A stretch of 63,300 bases of DNA, counting the filler, from Octopus bimaculoides (lineage: Eukaryota), in assembly GCF_001194135.2 (NCBI RefSeq). It is 5 parts of 5 records of this genome, joined end to end, with 100 filler letters (N's around TTAATTAATTAA, not from the genome) between each part and the next. Parts side by side here need not be neighbours in the genome. Positions count along the whole stretch, not along the records: positions 1 to 25,594 come from NC_068986.1; positions 25,695 to 46,117 come from NC_068983.1; 3 more parts are not named here. One strand, given 5' to 3'. The notes below the pieces were generated by a model, which was not told the origin of the DNA, did not search any database, and worked only from the letters and a program-made list of their open reading frames with translations. Positions 12,991-26,277 of this stretch are shown one piece after another (position 1 is the first letter of the stretch; the number at the start of each line of letters is the position of its first letter). The position numbers were made by a program, and so were the translations under genes.

Positions 12991-14218
12991 CTGTAAGAGA
13001 AAGTAAGAAGAAGAAAAAATAAAATAAAGAACATTAGGTAAAATGAACAGGGGAGAAACAGAAAGTTAGAGGAGAGAGAGGAGAGACAGAAGAAAGAGAT
13101 ATAGTAAGACAAGCTGTACAAGAGGCAGAGAGAAAAAAGTGTGAGAGGGAGAGTAAGAGAAAAAGAGAGTAAAAAGAGAAAGACAGAGAGAGGTGAATGG
13201 TATCGAAAAGAGAGCAAATGAAAGTAAGTGAAAGAGAGCAAATAACTAAGGAAAAAAACCATCTGGGGAGAGAGAGAGAGAGGGAAGAAAGAAGAGAATA
13301 GTAAAGAGAAAGCAGAAAGCAAATGAGAGACTGAATATATGAAAAAGAGAAAAGAACAAAAGAAAGAAAAAGATGGTAAATTAAAGAGATAAAGAGAAGT
13401 AAAAGGAAGAAGAGAAAGTGGGGGAAAAAATGAAAGAGTTGAAGGAAATAGAAGAGAAAACAAATAAATAAGATAAACACCCCCATGCAGTCCACCCTCC
13501 ACTCCGAATCTTTTGCAAATTTTCAACAAACTGAATTTAAATTGATAAAAGTATATCCCATCTTGAAGGAGGTTTAGTTTGAAATTGAATTTATTTTGTT
13601 TTAAAGAATAACAAGTATAAGAAATAAATAATAAAAAGTGTATGATAATTAAAATTTAAAAAGGAAATCTGTAATAAAGAAATAATAAACAAATGATAAT
13701 GAAATGAATAAAAAAATGATTATAAAAGAATGATCTGAATAGAAGAAAATGATAAATTAAAAAGCAACAACAATAATAATGGAATTTTTAAAAAGTAAAA
13801 CAAATTAAGCAAAATAAGAAATATACTATTTTATTAATAATTTTGATAATAATTTAAAAAATAACAATTAAATATTAATAAAAATATCATATTACTAAAA
13901 CTATAAAATGAAAAAATAAATTGATATTAAAAATAATGATAATGTTAACGAAACAATGAATAAATGTGCAATTAATTTTAAAGAACTTTTGGATAAAAAA
14001 GTAACAAAATGAAACCAAAATATCAATAAACTTTCTGCCACGTTTGTATCTCTTATTGTTATTAATTACAGCAGAAATAACAGCAGCCAATGTTCGTTGC
14101 GACAATTGCCACAGCAGAGAAAAATAATAAAAACAGTGGAAGTAACTACTGTAACCATGAATAACAAGTGGATAATGAGACAACAAAGAAACTCCTTTGT
14201 GGTCATTTGATCTGTTAG

Positions 14219-14505
14219 AAATAGTAGTCAAGTATCCTGAAAATCGTGTCTACTGCGGTCTTGAAATGAGGACACATTGTACGATATGGCCTAGTATACT
14301 ACACTACAGAAAAAGGTGGGATGTTCTTGACTGGAATGTTAGTCTCAGAGAAAAACCACAGAGTCTGAGGCAAATTGATGAGGAACTGTGTTGGCAACAT
14401 TCTAACAACTTTCTACTTTCTTTTGATCATAGTTCTGCTCAGTTACAACTAAAGTGGGCTAAACAAGAAGCCAAAGCAGGAGCATCTGCTTCATTGTTCA
14501 AACAG
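14219..14505 (+). CDS. Candidate internal exon, unknown protein (EIVVKYPENRVYCGLEMR...LQLKWAKQEAKAGASASLFKQ)
   Basis: About 96 uninterrupted codons of complex, protein-like sequence in AT-rich DNA. ctgttag acceptor, CAG|gtagaa donor, stop shortly after the donor. No family recognised. Confidence 0.55.
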
Positions 14506-16779
14506 GTAGAAATATAAGTTAAATCTCCTTCAGATTACACTTTACAATCTTAAAAAACTGATGGACATATTGGATAATCTAGTCTACTTCTCAACCACAT
14601 AGTTCTGGGTTCACTCCTGTGTGGCACCTTTGGCAAGTGTCTTCTACTATAGCCTTGTGCTGACCAAAGCCTTGGGAGTGGATTTGGTTGATGGGAACTG
14701 GAAGAAGCCTGTCGTGTGTGTGTGTTTGTATGTGTGTGCTTGTGTGTGTGTGTGTGTGTGTGTCTTTGTGTCTGTGTTTGTCCTCCACCACTGCTTGACA
14801 ATTATTGATGGTATGCTTACACCCCTATAATTCAATGGTTCAGTAAAAGAGAGCGATAGAGTAAGTACCAGGTTTAAAAAAGTAAATAAGTCCTGGGGTC
14901 AATTAGTTTGATTAAAAATTCCTCATGGTGGTGCCCCAGTATAATAGCAGTCTCTTGACTAAAATGAGATAAAAAATATAAGACAGTCTGGTCACTGTTG
15001 GAATGTTTTCATTACTGGTCTGCTTGACCTGGAACTAAACAATTACAATAAAAAAATATCAAATGTAATGGTAAGACCAAGAAAAGCAACTGGAATACAA
15101 ACAGAGACAGGTATAGTAAAAACTGTGATAGCAACAATGACAGATGATACAAAGACTGAAACAACAACAATAGCTTCAATGTAAATTGCAACAAGAACTG
15201 CCATAGCACCATTAGTAAAATAGAACAATAATATTTGCAGCAGCAATCAGTGCAACACCAACAACAGTATTACTAAGATTGCAGCACCACTGCAACAACA
15301 ACAATGACAATAAGCACAGACATGGCTATGTGGTTCAGAAGTGAACTACACATATCCATGTGGTTCTGGGTTTGATCTCACTTGTAACACTATATATATA
15401 TGTATGTGTGTGTGTGTGTGTGTATGTATGTACACACACATATAAACATATACATGTGATGGACCTCCATACAATTTATGTGTACTAAATGTCATACACA
15501 AGACTTTGTCAAGCCAAATCTATGGTAAAAGATTCTTCTCCAAAGTGCAAACAGTGAGATTGAACGCGTCTTGTCTTTTTTCTATCAATGTTTGTTTTTC
15601 AAGTCTGTTCATTTATACCCAAGCAGCTTGTTACTGACACTTCCAGATTGAAAGCTATCAAAAAGTGTTGATGTTCCTTTGTCATCTCTCTGAACGACAT
15701 TTTGCAGTTGCATATATATGTGTGTGTGTGTGGGGGGGTGTATGCGTAAGTGCCTGTGTGTGTGTGTAAACACCTTCCATACTGCAATTGTGTGTATATA
15801 TANNNNNNNNNNNNNNNNNNNNNNNNNNNNNNNNNNNNNNNNNNNNNNNNNNNNNNNNNNNNNNNNNNNNNNNNNNNNNNNNNNNNNNNNNNNNNNNNNN
15901 NNNNNNNNNNNNNNNNNNNNNNNNNNNNNNNNNNNNNNNNNNNNNNNNNNNNNNNNNNNNNNNNNNNNNNNNNNNNNNNNNNNNNNNNNNNNNNNNNNNN
16001 NNNNNNNNNNNNNNNNNNNNNNNNNNNNNNNNNNNNNNNNNNNNNNNNNNNNNNNNNNNNNNNNNNNNNNNNNNNNNNNNNNNNNNNNNNNNNNNNNNNN
16101 NNNNNNNNNNNNNNNNNNNNNNNNNNNNNNNNNNNNNNNNNNNNNNNNNNNNNNNNNNNNNNNNNNNNNNNNNNNNNNNNNNNNNNNNNNNNNNNNNNNN
16201 NNNNNNNNNNNNNNNNNNNNNNNNNNNNNNNNNNNNNNNNNNNNNNNNNNNNNNNNNNNNNNNNNNNNNNNNNNNNNNNNNNNNNNNNNNNNNNNNNNNN
16301 NNNNNNNNNNNNNNNNNNNNNNNNNNNNNNNNNNNNNNNNNNNNNNNNNNNNNNNNNNNNNNNNNNNNNNNNNNNNNNNNNNNNNNNNNNNNNNNNNNNN
16401 NNNNNNNNNNNNNNNNNNNNNNNNNNNNNNNNNNNNNNNNNNNNNNNNNNNNNNNNNNNNNNNNNNNNNNNNNNNNNNNNNNNNNNNNNNNNNNNNNNNN
16501 NNNNNNNNNNNNNNNNNNNNNNNNNNNNNNNNNNNNNNNNNNNNNNNNNNNNNNNNNNNNNNNNNATACTATACTACCACCTGCTACCTATCTTGCCCAT
16601 TTGATGCTCTCTCATCTCTCTGTTGTTCCCTCTCTTCACTGTACCATCCATGAAATGAGAGGATATAGATTTGTCCTTCCTTTTATCATCACTCATATCT
16701 TGCTAAATCTCTCTCCTTCCAAATCATGATGCTTGAGAAAAGAGGGATTGCAGTAGAGTTTTGGTATGTAAATGTGGAT

Positions 16780-17140
16780 CTATAAGGGACCAGCTATGAT
16801 ATCGACTGTATTTCTTAAAATGTGGACATAAAGAAAAAATCTTGTTTTGGAATTTATGTAATTGTTGGCGGTTCTCAAGTTCTTCAAGAGGTATAGCTTT
16901 TGAAGAAAACATTCTGAACACCTTTTTGATTCATTTATATAGGGTCTAACTTTGGAGAGGATTTTCCATTTGGTGTTGTAGCTGGTCCTTTTGTCTTTAA
17001 GCCTCCAGATTAAAATCAATTGTGTTATTGAATGTCTTTTATTACAGTACCTAAAATTCAAAAGATGTTTCTTATATCTTGACTTAAATTTTCCTTCTAC
17101 AGCTCCAATATAACTTTTGATTTCTGTCCAACTGTTGCCA
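16780..17140 (-). mobile_element. Penelope-like GIY-YIG endonuclease fragment (Naiad-like)
   Basis: KSYIGAVEGKFKSRYKKH...IWRLKDKRTSYNTKWKILSKVRPY...RCSEC. Confidence 0.8.
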
Positions 17141-17716
17141 TAGATGCAGGAGTGGCTGTGTGGCAAGAAGCTTGCTTCCTAATTACATAGTTTTGGGTTC
17201 AGTCCCACTGTGTGGCACCTTGGGTGTCTTCTACTATGCCTCAAGCTGACACAAGCCTTGTGAGTAGATTTGTTTGACCGAAACTGAAAGAAGCCTGTTG
17301 TATATGTGTGTGTGTATTTGTATATTTGTGTTTGACCCCCACCATCGCTTGACAACCGTTGTTAGTGTGTTTACATCCCCCATAACTTAGAAGTTCGACA
17401 AAAGCGACCAATAGAATAAGTACTAGGCATACAAAGAATAAGTTCTGGGGTCGATTTGTTTGCTTGACTAAAGGTGGTGTTCCAGCATGGCTGCAGTCAA
17501 ATGACTGAAACAAGAAAAATAATGAAAGAAATAAAGGATAGCACATTGAAACCCGTGCTTCATAATCAGTGGAAGATATATTGTATTTCTTGGTGAAATT
17601 TAAAAATAAACCACCAGACACAGTAAACCATTAACATCACATTTATGTCTTTTGCAATGTTATTTCAATGCTGGTTATCTCCCTTATGCTTTTCTTTCTG
17701 TCTTCTTCTTTATCAG

Positions 17717-17746
17717 AGTCCCTTGTTTAAACATCATCTGATTTAA
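17717..17746 (+). CDS. Possible terminal exon of the plus-strand candidate gene (SPLFKHHLI*)
   Basis: Very strong acceptor (cttttctttctgtcttcttctttatcag), phase 0 matches the 14505 donor, AATAAA at 17792-17797. Confidence 0.25.
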   Translation, partial: SPLFKHHLI

Positions 17747-17919
17747 AAAGCAACTGACAGATGGCTTTGTTATCAGCTTGAAAAATGACGAAATAAAATA
17801 TTGCTTCAACTAGGAAACTCTAGAAAGCTGTATTTAACAAGAATTATGGTTTTTATTATAACATCTTTATTCACTTAGCTGATCAAGTGCTATTCCACTT
17901 ATTGAAGCCTTACCACATA

Positions 17920-17986
<67 letters not shown>

Positions 17987-18922
17987 NNNNNNNNNNNNNN
18001 NNNNNNNNNNNNNNNNNNNNNNNNNNNNNNNNNNNNNNNNNNNNNNNNNNNNNNNNNNNNNNNNNNNNNNNNNNNNNNNNNNNNNNNNNNNNNNNNNNNN
18101 NNNNNNNNNNNNNNNNNNNNNNNNNNNNNNNNNNNNNNNNNNNNNNNNNNNNNNNNNNNNNNNNNNNNNNNNNNNNNNNNNNNNNNNNNNNNNNNNNNNN
18201 NNNNNNNNNNNNNNNNNNNNNNNNNNNNNNNNNNNNNNNNNNNNNNNNNNNNNNNNNNNNNNNNNNNNNNNNNNNNNNNNNNNNNNNNNNNNNNNNNNNN
18301 NNNNNNNNNNNNNNNNNNNNNNNNNNNNNNNNNNNNNNNNNNNNNNNNNNNNNNNNNNNNNNNNNNNNNNNNNNNNNNNNNNNNNNNNNNNNNNNNNNNN
18401 NNNNNNNNNNNNNNNNNNNNNNNNNNNNNNNNNNNNNNNNNNNNNNNNNNNNNNNNNNNNNNNNNNNNNNNNNNNNNNNNNNNNNNNNNNNNNNNNNNNN
18501 NNNNNNNNNNNNNNNNNNNNNNNNNNNNNNNNNNNNNNNNNNNNNNNNNNNNNNNNNNNNNNNNNNNNNNNNNNNNNNNNNNNNNNNNNNNNNNNNNNNN
18601 NNNNNNNNNNNNNNNNNNNNNNNNNNNNNNNNNNNNNNNNNNNNNNNNNNNNNNNNNNNNNNNNNNNNNNNNNNNNNNNNNNNNNNNNNNNNNNNNNNNN
18701 NNNNNNNNNNNNNNNNNNNNNNNNNNNNNNNNNNNNNNNNNNNNNNNNNNNNNNNNNNNNNNNNNNNNNNNNNNNNNNNNNNNNNNNNNNNNNNNNNNNN
18801 NNNNNNNNNNNNNNNNNNNNNNNNNNNNNNNNNNNNNNNNNNNNNNNNNNNNNNNNNNNNNNNNNNNNNNNNNNNNNNNNNNNNNNNNNNNNNNNNNNNN
18901 NNNNNNNNNNNNNNNNNNNNNN

Positions 18923-18970
<48 letters not shown>

Positions 18971-19027
18971 GAGAGAAACAATTTGTTTAAAATCTCTGAG
19001 CGAGAGATATACTGTAACAGTACTGAA

Positions 19028-19539
19028 TAGTAAAGTTTATATACCAACAGAATGTGGCAGTCCTATAAAGGACGATGTTACTGTTGTTTTAGCCCTAGGA
19101 AAACACCTTTTCCAGTTGGCTTTGGACACACAATTTGTGTCCGTATAGCATTTGCAAGGGAGGTCATTGCTCCCATCTCCAGCCTTACGTGATACTCATA
19201 GACCTAGGTTTCTGAGTGTCGACCCATCCTCAGTGTGAGAAAATCACAAGCTAGCAACGGTATCTCTCTCCACTTTCAAATACTATATATTCTTTAAGCA
19301 ACACACAGTTGCTGATCCTATATACGAGATCAACTGTGGACGGGTAACCACCCAGAAACCTTGGTCTGTGAGTATCGCATAAGGCTAGAGATGGGAGCAA
19401 TGATCTCCATTGCAAATGCTATACGGACACAAATTGTGTGTCGATAGCCAGCTGGAAAAGATGTTTTCCTGGGGCCAAAACAACAGTTACATCGTCCTTT
19501 ATAGGACTACCACATTCTGTTGGCATATAAACTTTACTA
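19028..19539. mobile_element. MITE with terminal inverted repeats of about 190 bp and TA ends
   Basis: TAGTAAAGTTTATATACCAACAGAATGTGG... is mirrored by ...CCACATTCTGTTGGCATATAAACTTTACTA. The arms align along their length with scattered mismatches. Confidence 0.9.
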
Positions 19540-19561
19540 TATATATATATATATATATATA

Positions 19562-19646
19562 TTGGGCCTCACCGAGGCGATGACTACGGACCGAGACCTT
19601 TGGAAATGGGCTGTGCGTGAGAAGACCCGGCAAGCCAAGTAAGATC
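19562..19646 (+). mobile_element. RTE LINE ORF 3' end fragment
   Basis: Translates LGLTEAMTTDRDLWKWAVREKTRQAK*, an RTE-like C-terminus; cut by a gap. Confidence 0.55.
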
Positions 19647-20469
19647 NNNNNNNNNNNNNNNNNNNNNNNNNNNNNNNNNNNNNNNNNNNNNNNNNNNNNN
19701 NNNNNNNNNNNNNNNNNNNNNNNNNNNNNNNNNNNNNNNNNNNNNNNNNNNNNNNNNNNNNNNNNNNNNNNNNNNNNNNNNNNNNNNNNNNNNNNNNNNN
19801 NNNNNNNNNNNNNNNNNNNNNNNNNNNNNNNNNNNNNNNNNNNNNNNNNNNNNNNNNNNNNNNNNNNNNNNNNNNNNNNNNNNNNNNNNNNNNNNNNNNN
19901 NNNNNNNNNNNNNNNNNNNNNNNNNNNNNNNNNNNNNNNNNNNNNNNNNNNNNNNNNNNNNNNNNNNNNNNNNNNNNNNNNNNNNNNNNNNNNNNNNNNN
20001 NNNNNNNNNNNNNNNNNNNNNNNNNNNNNNNNNNNNNNNNNNNNNNNNNNNNNNNNNNNNNNNNNNNNNNNNNNNNNNNNNNNNNNNNNNNNNNNNNNNN
20101 NNNNNNNNNNNNNNNNNNNNNNNNNNNNNNNNNNNNNNNNNNNNNNNNNNNNNNNNNNNNNNNNNNNNNNNNNNNNNNNNNNNNNNNNNNNNNNNNNNNN
20201 NNNNNNNNNNNNNNNNNNNNNNNNNNNNNNNNNNNNNNNNNNNNNNNNNNNNNNNNNNNNNNNNNNNNNNNNNNNNNNNNNNNNNNNNNNNNNNNNNNNN
20301 NNNNNNNNNNNNNNNNNNNNNNNNNNNNNNNNNNNNNNNNNNNNNNNNNNNNNNNNNNNNNNNNNNNNNNNNNNNNNNNNNNNNNNNNNNNNNNNNNNNN
20401 NNNNNNNNNNNNNNNNNNNNNNNNTACCAAAATTACATAAAAATATCTTCAAATACTAAAGAGTAAATT

Positions 20470-21110
20470 TATTCAATAAAATCGCCATTGTTTTCAGCCA
20501 TGGCCTCCAGATGACTTTGGAATCTCCTGCAACTCTTCTGGATGGTCTCCTTGCTTAAGTTGGTGAATGTTGCCATCATTGCCTTCAATTCATCTTTAGT
20601 GTTACAAAGAGTTTTGTTGGCCTCTCACTTATTATTATGTGTGTGGCACTCAACTGTGCCCCACACATAATAATCAAAGGGGTTGTAGTCTGGGGAGTTA
20701 GGTGGCCAGATGTTAAGGATGATGTGGTTGCAGAAATTGTCTGACAGTCATGACTGGGCTCTCCTGCTTGCCTGGCACAGTGCAGAGTTCTGTTGTCAGA
20801 CAAAGGGTCTTCCATCAGCCACCTCTTTGACCCAGGGTAGCACTACCTCCTACAGGCACTTGATGTAGGGCCTCTGTGTTGAGTCTGATGCCCTGTGGGA
20901 AGATGAATGGAGGCATAATGTTGCCATCACTGGTGATCACTCCAAATACCATGATGTTGACTGGATGTTTGATTTTTATCACTCTTGGTACATGTTGTAG
21001 GGACTAAGATTGACACACAACACTCTGAAATGTTTGTATTGGAGTTTCTGGTGTGAATGCCATGTACAGCATGTCATTTCCAAATTTCTGGCAGAATGAA
21101 TTGTGTCATG
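20470..21110 (-). mobile_element. Tc1/mariner (maT-like) transposase relic
   Basis: Frameshifted KHPVNIMVFGVITSDGNIMPPFIFPQGIRLNTEA...W..NSPDYNP...NTKDELKA.MATFTNLSKETIQK...LEA. Confidence 0.8.
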
Positions 21111-21296
21111 GTGCTCTTTTTCTCACAGTGCCCAGTTGACCCTACTATACTGTGTAGTCAATAAAATCAAAAGGAAACTGCACATGCCCAAAATTAAAAA
21201 ACATAAGATGGTGACAATTTACCCATCGCACCCTGTATATTCTTTTTTTAAATTTTTGCTTTCTGTTGTCATCTTGTTTCACTATTATTTCTACTA

Positions 21297-21374
<78 letters not shown>

Positions 21375-22000
21375 TTGCTATACTTTTACTAATACTTGAT
21401 CTTCTCCTCATAGAGTTCATGTCAACCTGTAATTATGGACTGATAGGTTCTCTTCTTTGAAGTCATTTCTGACTTGTTCTTTACAAAAGGAAGAGCAAGG
21501 AGAAGACTTGTGAATTACTACCAAATATTGTGTTAACTGACCTATATAACTCTGAAACCTATATATACTGATGATAGCTACACTTGAAACTAGATGCAGT
21601 ATAATCTAGTCAGTGATCAGGTTGCAATTAGCATAACAAAAACTTTGAGGCCAAATAATAAATGCGTAAGTGAAATGGACAATCTTTGTGCTTTCTGGAT
21701 GGCTAAAATGTACCTTCTACTCAGTAATTGTTTTAGATTCTATACAGTGGTCCCAGATCTAATTACATGCCAGACAAGTACATCTCTGAAATATATATCA
21801 AAACAGAAGACTGAAAAAAACTTGGTATCTTTTTAATTCCATATTATATGCGTTTCATTACAGGATAGGAGTCACAAAGACATGCATGTTGGAAAATGTA
21901 TACTCTTCTATCTGTAATTCTTTGGACAAGGATCTATAAATAATACAAATTTATACTGGATGTTGCTGCAATTTATAAGTGTTATTACATACACTCTCTG

Positions 22001-22068
<68 letters not shown>

Positions 22069-24627
22069 GTATATATCAAGAGCCTGAAAGATTGCTTGGA
22101 GATGCATGGCATATTATATAAATGTGCCTAGTTAAAGTATCATAAAGGCATGAAGCTATTAATAACTATTTTGGTTGTGTATTAAATTGATATTTATCTC
22201 TCACTGGATGAAGTACATTTATGTTGATTTTACCTATATTGGATCTATAAACTATGTGGGTGTGTGTGTGGGTGTGTGTGCATGTACACACATACACACA
22301 CATGTGCATGCTTTATTTTTTTAATATAAATTGGTACATTGAACAGAAATATCATATAATATTTACATTCACCAGTTTATGGTGGCCTTTGTCATTCAAT
22401 AAATAGAAATGGATAAAATGAATACCAGTCTAAATAATGGCATTCATTGAATAGTTGCCTAAAAGCTACTGCAATAGGAGGGCAACTGCAGAAGTAACAA
22501 CAATAACACCAGCAATAGCAATAACGATTACAGCAATAACAAATGTGACAAATAACAAAGTATTAACAACTGCAATGTTGTTGAAGATAGAATGGAATAA
22601 ATGAAGCAACTATTGCTACAATTGTGATATATCTGTTGCTATTACAGTTATTACAGTCTCTGTCTCTTTTGCTATCCCAGTCGCTATTTTATTTTATTGT
22701 TGCTATTGAAATTGTAGTTGCTATTGTTGCTCTTATAGTTGTTCATGTTTCTGCAACCATGTCTGTTGATATTCCAGATTGTTATAAGAAGTTTGTGCAT
22801 TTTCAACATCTGGCTAGATATCATGGTCTCCCACATCATCTATCCTGTCCAAAAATTGTACTTGCATCCTTTGACCAGTGAATTCTTAACTGTCCTTTAA
22901 GGCAAGTCACATCAATAAGTTGTCAGGCAATTACCTAAAGTCTTGACAGTTGTCCTCCCATAATAAACACTGCTCTGTATTCCTAGCCAAAACATTAACT
23001 TTCATTGGCTCTGATGACTTAACTGTAAACAGCTGATATGGTTCACTGTATGATTAAAGAGTGTTTGGTTGTTTTGCAGCCCTAAGTTCAAGTTCCATGT
23101 AGCTTGAACAAAGTGACAGTGAGTGTGGCAGTGAGCTACTCCATTACTGAGACCAAACTGCCCATTGGTCTTGGTCCACCATGAAATTAGATGTTGGACC
23201 TTGTTCTGCAAATGAGTTGTGTGAAGGCTGGTGAGCAATCATTCAACCAACATTTTAACCACTACTGGATGCTAAAAGATTAACTATTGATCTGCAGTTA
23301 AGCGAAGTTGTGTATCTACAGTTGTTGTTTAGCCCCATATTAGACTTAAGCCAACAGACCTATGATCAATGACGTTGCAGCTGCACACATTCAGTCCCTT
23401 TTTCAAAACAGTGTATGTTATCTAATGTGTTATTCCTTTTTTGTAAATGGTTAGGTATGATTTGAAGGAGATTTGATTGTTATATTTTGCAGGTCAATAG
23501 TGCTCCTTCACTGGCTTGTATAGATGTAATTAGTTTTGCTTGAGTAAAATAGTAGCCAGTAGAAGGCCAATTACAGTTAGAAGCAATGCAGAGACCTTTC
23601 ACCCCCTTTATTCAATGCTTTAGTTTGGTTTAGGGCCATGCGACACATTCTATCATGCAATGTTTCGTTATGTTAATTGCAGCATAGCAATTATTGTTTA
23701 TTGCATCTGTCTAGTTGACATTCAATATATTTGTACATGTTCAAAGACTGGTGATAGCTACAGAAAATAATTTGATCAGTATGTATGTTGTTATTTCAAA
23801 AATGTATAGCCACTGAAAATGATTATGAAGCAGCACAAAATTTAGAACTTGTTTGGCAATAATTAATTTGGGTCTAATTTGACTATCATTGTTGTATATG
23901 GACCTATTGTGATTACCAATACATATGGACCTAGAGTGTTAAAGAACATTGTGTTTAGACCTGATGTAACAATAACTTTACACTGAGGCTTCCTGTAACT
24001 AATGAGGTTATTCTGAACTTAAAGTAACCTGATGTGATGGAGGAAAGTAGGATGATATATTAAGTAGGCAAATTGCTTTTGTCTAATATGGCTAAGAGTA
24101 ACAGTAACTGAAGTAGGAACCAATTCATTTCTACCATTTATTGACACATTTTACACTATATTGACTCTATAAACGGCACAAGCCAATGAGTACATCTTAT
24201 ATGGTTGCTTGTTTCAGTACCTGTAATATATGGAGGTTTGTGCAGTAATAAAACATTTTTCTATTATAAAGCATCACTAATTTTTCTTATGACAATGACT
24301 CTTGTGTCAGTACTTACAGCTTGGTGGACTAGTCTATTAAGAGTTAAATGTCTTTGCCAGCAACAAATCTCAGCACCTGTACTGATACATAAATATTCAA
24401 CACTTCAATCAGCAAGCTGTTAATTTAATGATGTGTCCAGTTGTGAATTTTTTTAGGCTTTTAGGAATAATTATAGAAAAAATTGGTTTAATTAAAATAA
24501 AAGAAAGAGATTAACTGAAGGTTGAGATTAAAATTTTACTACCAGATAATGAGATCCTACAGATCAGCCTTGAATGATAAGTGTTTCATTTAATACAATT
24601 ATATATATACATATGTGTGTGTGTTTG

Positions 24628-24695
<68 letters not shown>

Positions 24696-25074
24696 GAATG
24701 TGAGATCAAGGTAGGAGGTGAATACAGACACAGAATAGGAAAGAATAGGGATAAAAAAAAATGGATGTGTAGGTAAGTGTGCTGAGTGAGAATAGTGTGA
24801 CATGATCAGAAACAAGGAATGAATTGGATGCAGGGAATATCAGTTCAACAAGAGAAAGTGAAGGAAGGAAATAAGGCAACACAGAAGATTGGTGAAAGAA
24901 GGGGTGCTAGAAGATGGGTTGTAGGGGAAAGGTTCAACAAAACCTTAATTCTGCGGAGAAGGATGAGTCTTCTTAAGATCAGCATATTGCCATTCTCAGT
25001 CCCTGTTATCTCCTCTGAGAGACTCATATTTTGAGTTTTAGTTTTCTTCACCATACTTGTATACACGCACACAT

Positions 25075-25149
<75 letters not shown>

Positions 25150-25694
25150 TACACAGACACACACATGTATATATATATGTATATGTGTGTATGTGTATTC
25201 ATTTTTTGTTTTTTTTCTTTTATTTGTTTTAGTCATTTGACTGCAGCCATGATGGAGCACCACCTTTAGTTGAACAAATCGACCTCAGGACATATTCTTT
25301 GTAAGCCTAGTACTTATTCTACCGGTCTTTTTTGCCGAACCGCTAAGTTACGGGGATGTAAACACACCAACATTGGTTGTTAAGCAATGGGGGGGGGGGT
25401 ACAAACACAGACGCACAAACATATACATATATGACAGGCTTCTTTCAGTTTCTGTCAACCAAATCCACCCACAAGGTTGGCCCAAGGCTATAGTAGAAGA
25501 CACTTGCCCAAGGTGCCATACAGTGGGACTGAACCCAGAACAATGTGGCTGATAAGCAAGCTACTTACCACACAGCCACTTTTGCACCTATATANNNNNN
25601 NNNNNNNNNNNNNNNNNNNNNNNNNNNNNNNNNNNNNNTTAATTAATTAANNNNNNNNNNNNNNNNNNNNNNNNNNNNNNNNNNNNNNNNNNNN

Positions 25695-25745
<51 letters not shown>

Positions 25746-26197
25746 CATACATACATATATATACATACATATATATTCTATATTTGTATATATACTTATA
25801 TATGATGGGCTTCTTTCAGTTTCCCCTGCAAAATCCACTTGTAAAGGTTAGGCTGGCCTGCAACTACAGTACCACTTTCCCAAGATGCTATGCAATTAGA
25901 CGCAACTGCAAACCATGTGGTTGGGAAGCAAACTTTTCAATCACAAAGCCATGCTTGTGTACATGTGTGTATTTGGATGTTTGTACATGTGTGTGTGTAC
26001 ATGTGTGTGTATACGTGTGTGTGTTGCTAAAGATCCACTCTGCCACTAAGCCAAGTTTTTAGTGCCATATTCTGTCTTATAGACCAAGAAAAACGAATGC
26101 ATGACTGTGAAATGTTAAAATTTCTATAAATGAAGAAAAAAAATCCCTATTACTGTATGTAATTGAGTTTACAATTTCTTGTGTTTTCACAACCAAG

Positions 26198-26277
<80 letters not shown>

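Noticed and set aside
22380-22900. Hydrophobic ORF at 22624-22881 (and similar at 15012-15246)
   Set aside because: Decayed (AAC/AAT/TTG)n low-complexity sequence producing pseudo-transmembrane translations.
25639-25650. TTAATTAATTAA islands flanked by Ns (also 46162-46173, 59052-59063, 61535-61546)
   Set aside because: An identical palindromic 12-mer with stops in all frames, always inside gaps; best explained as an assembly spacer.
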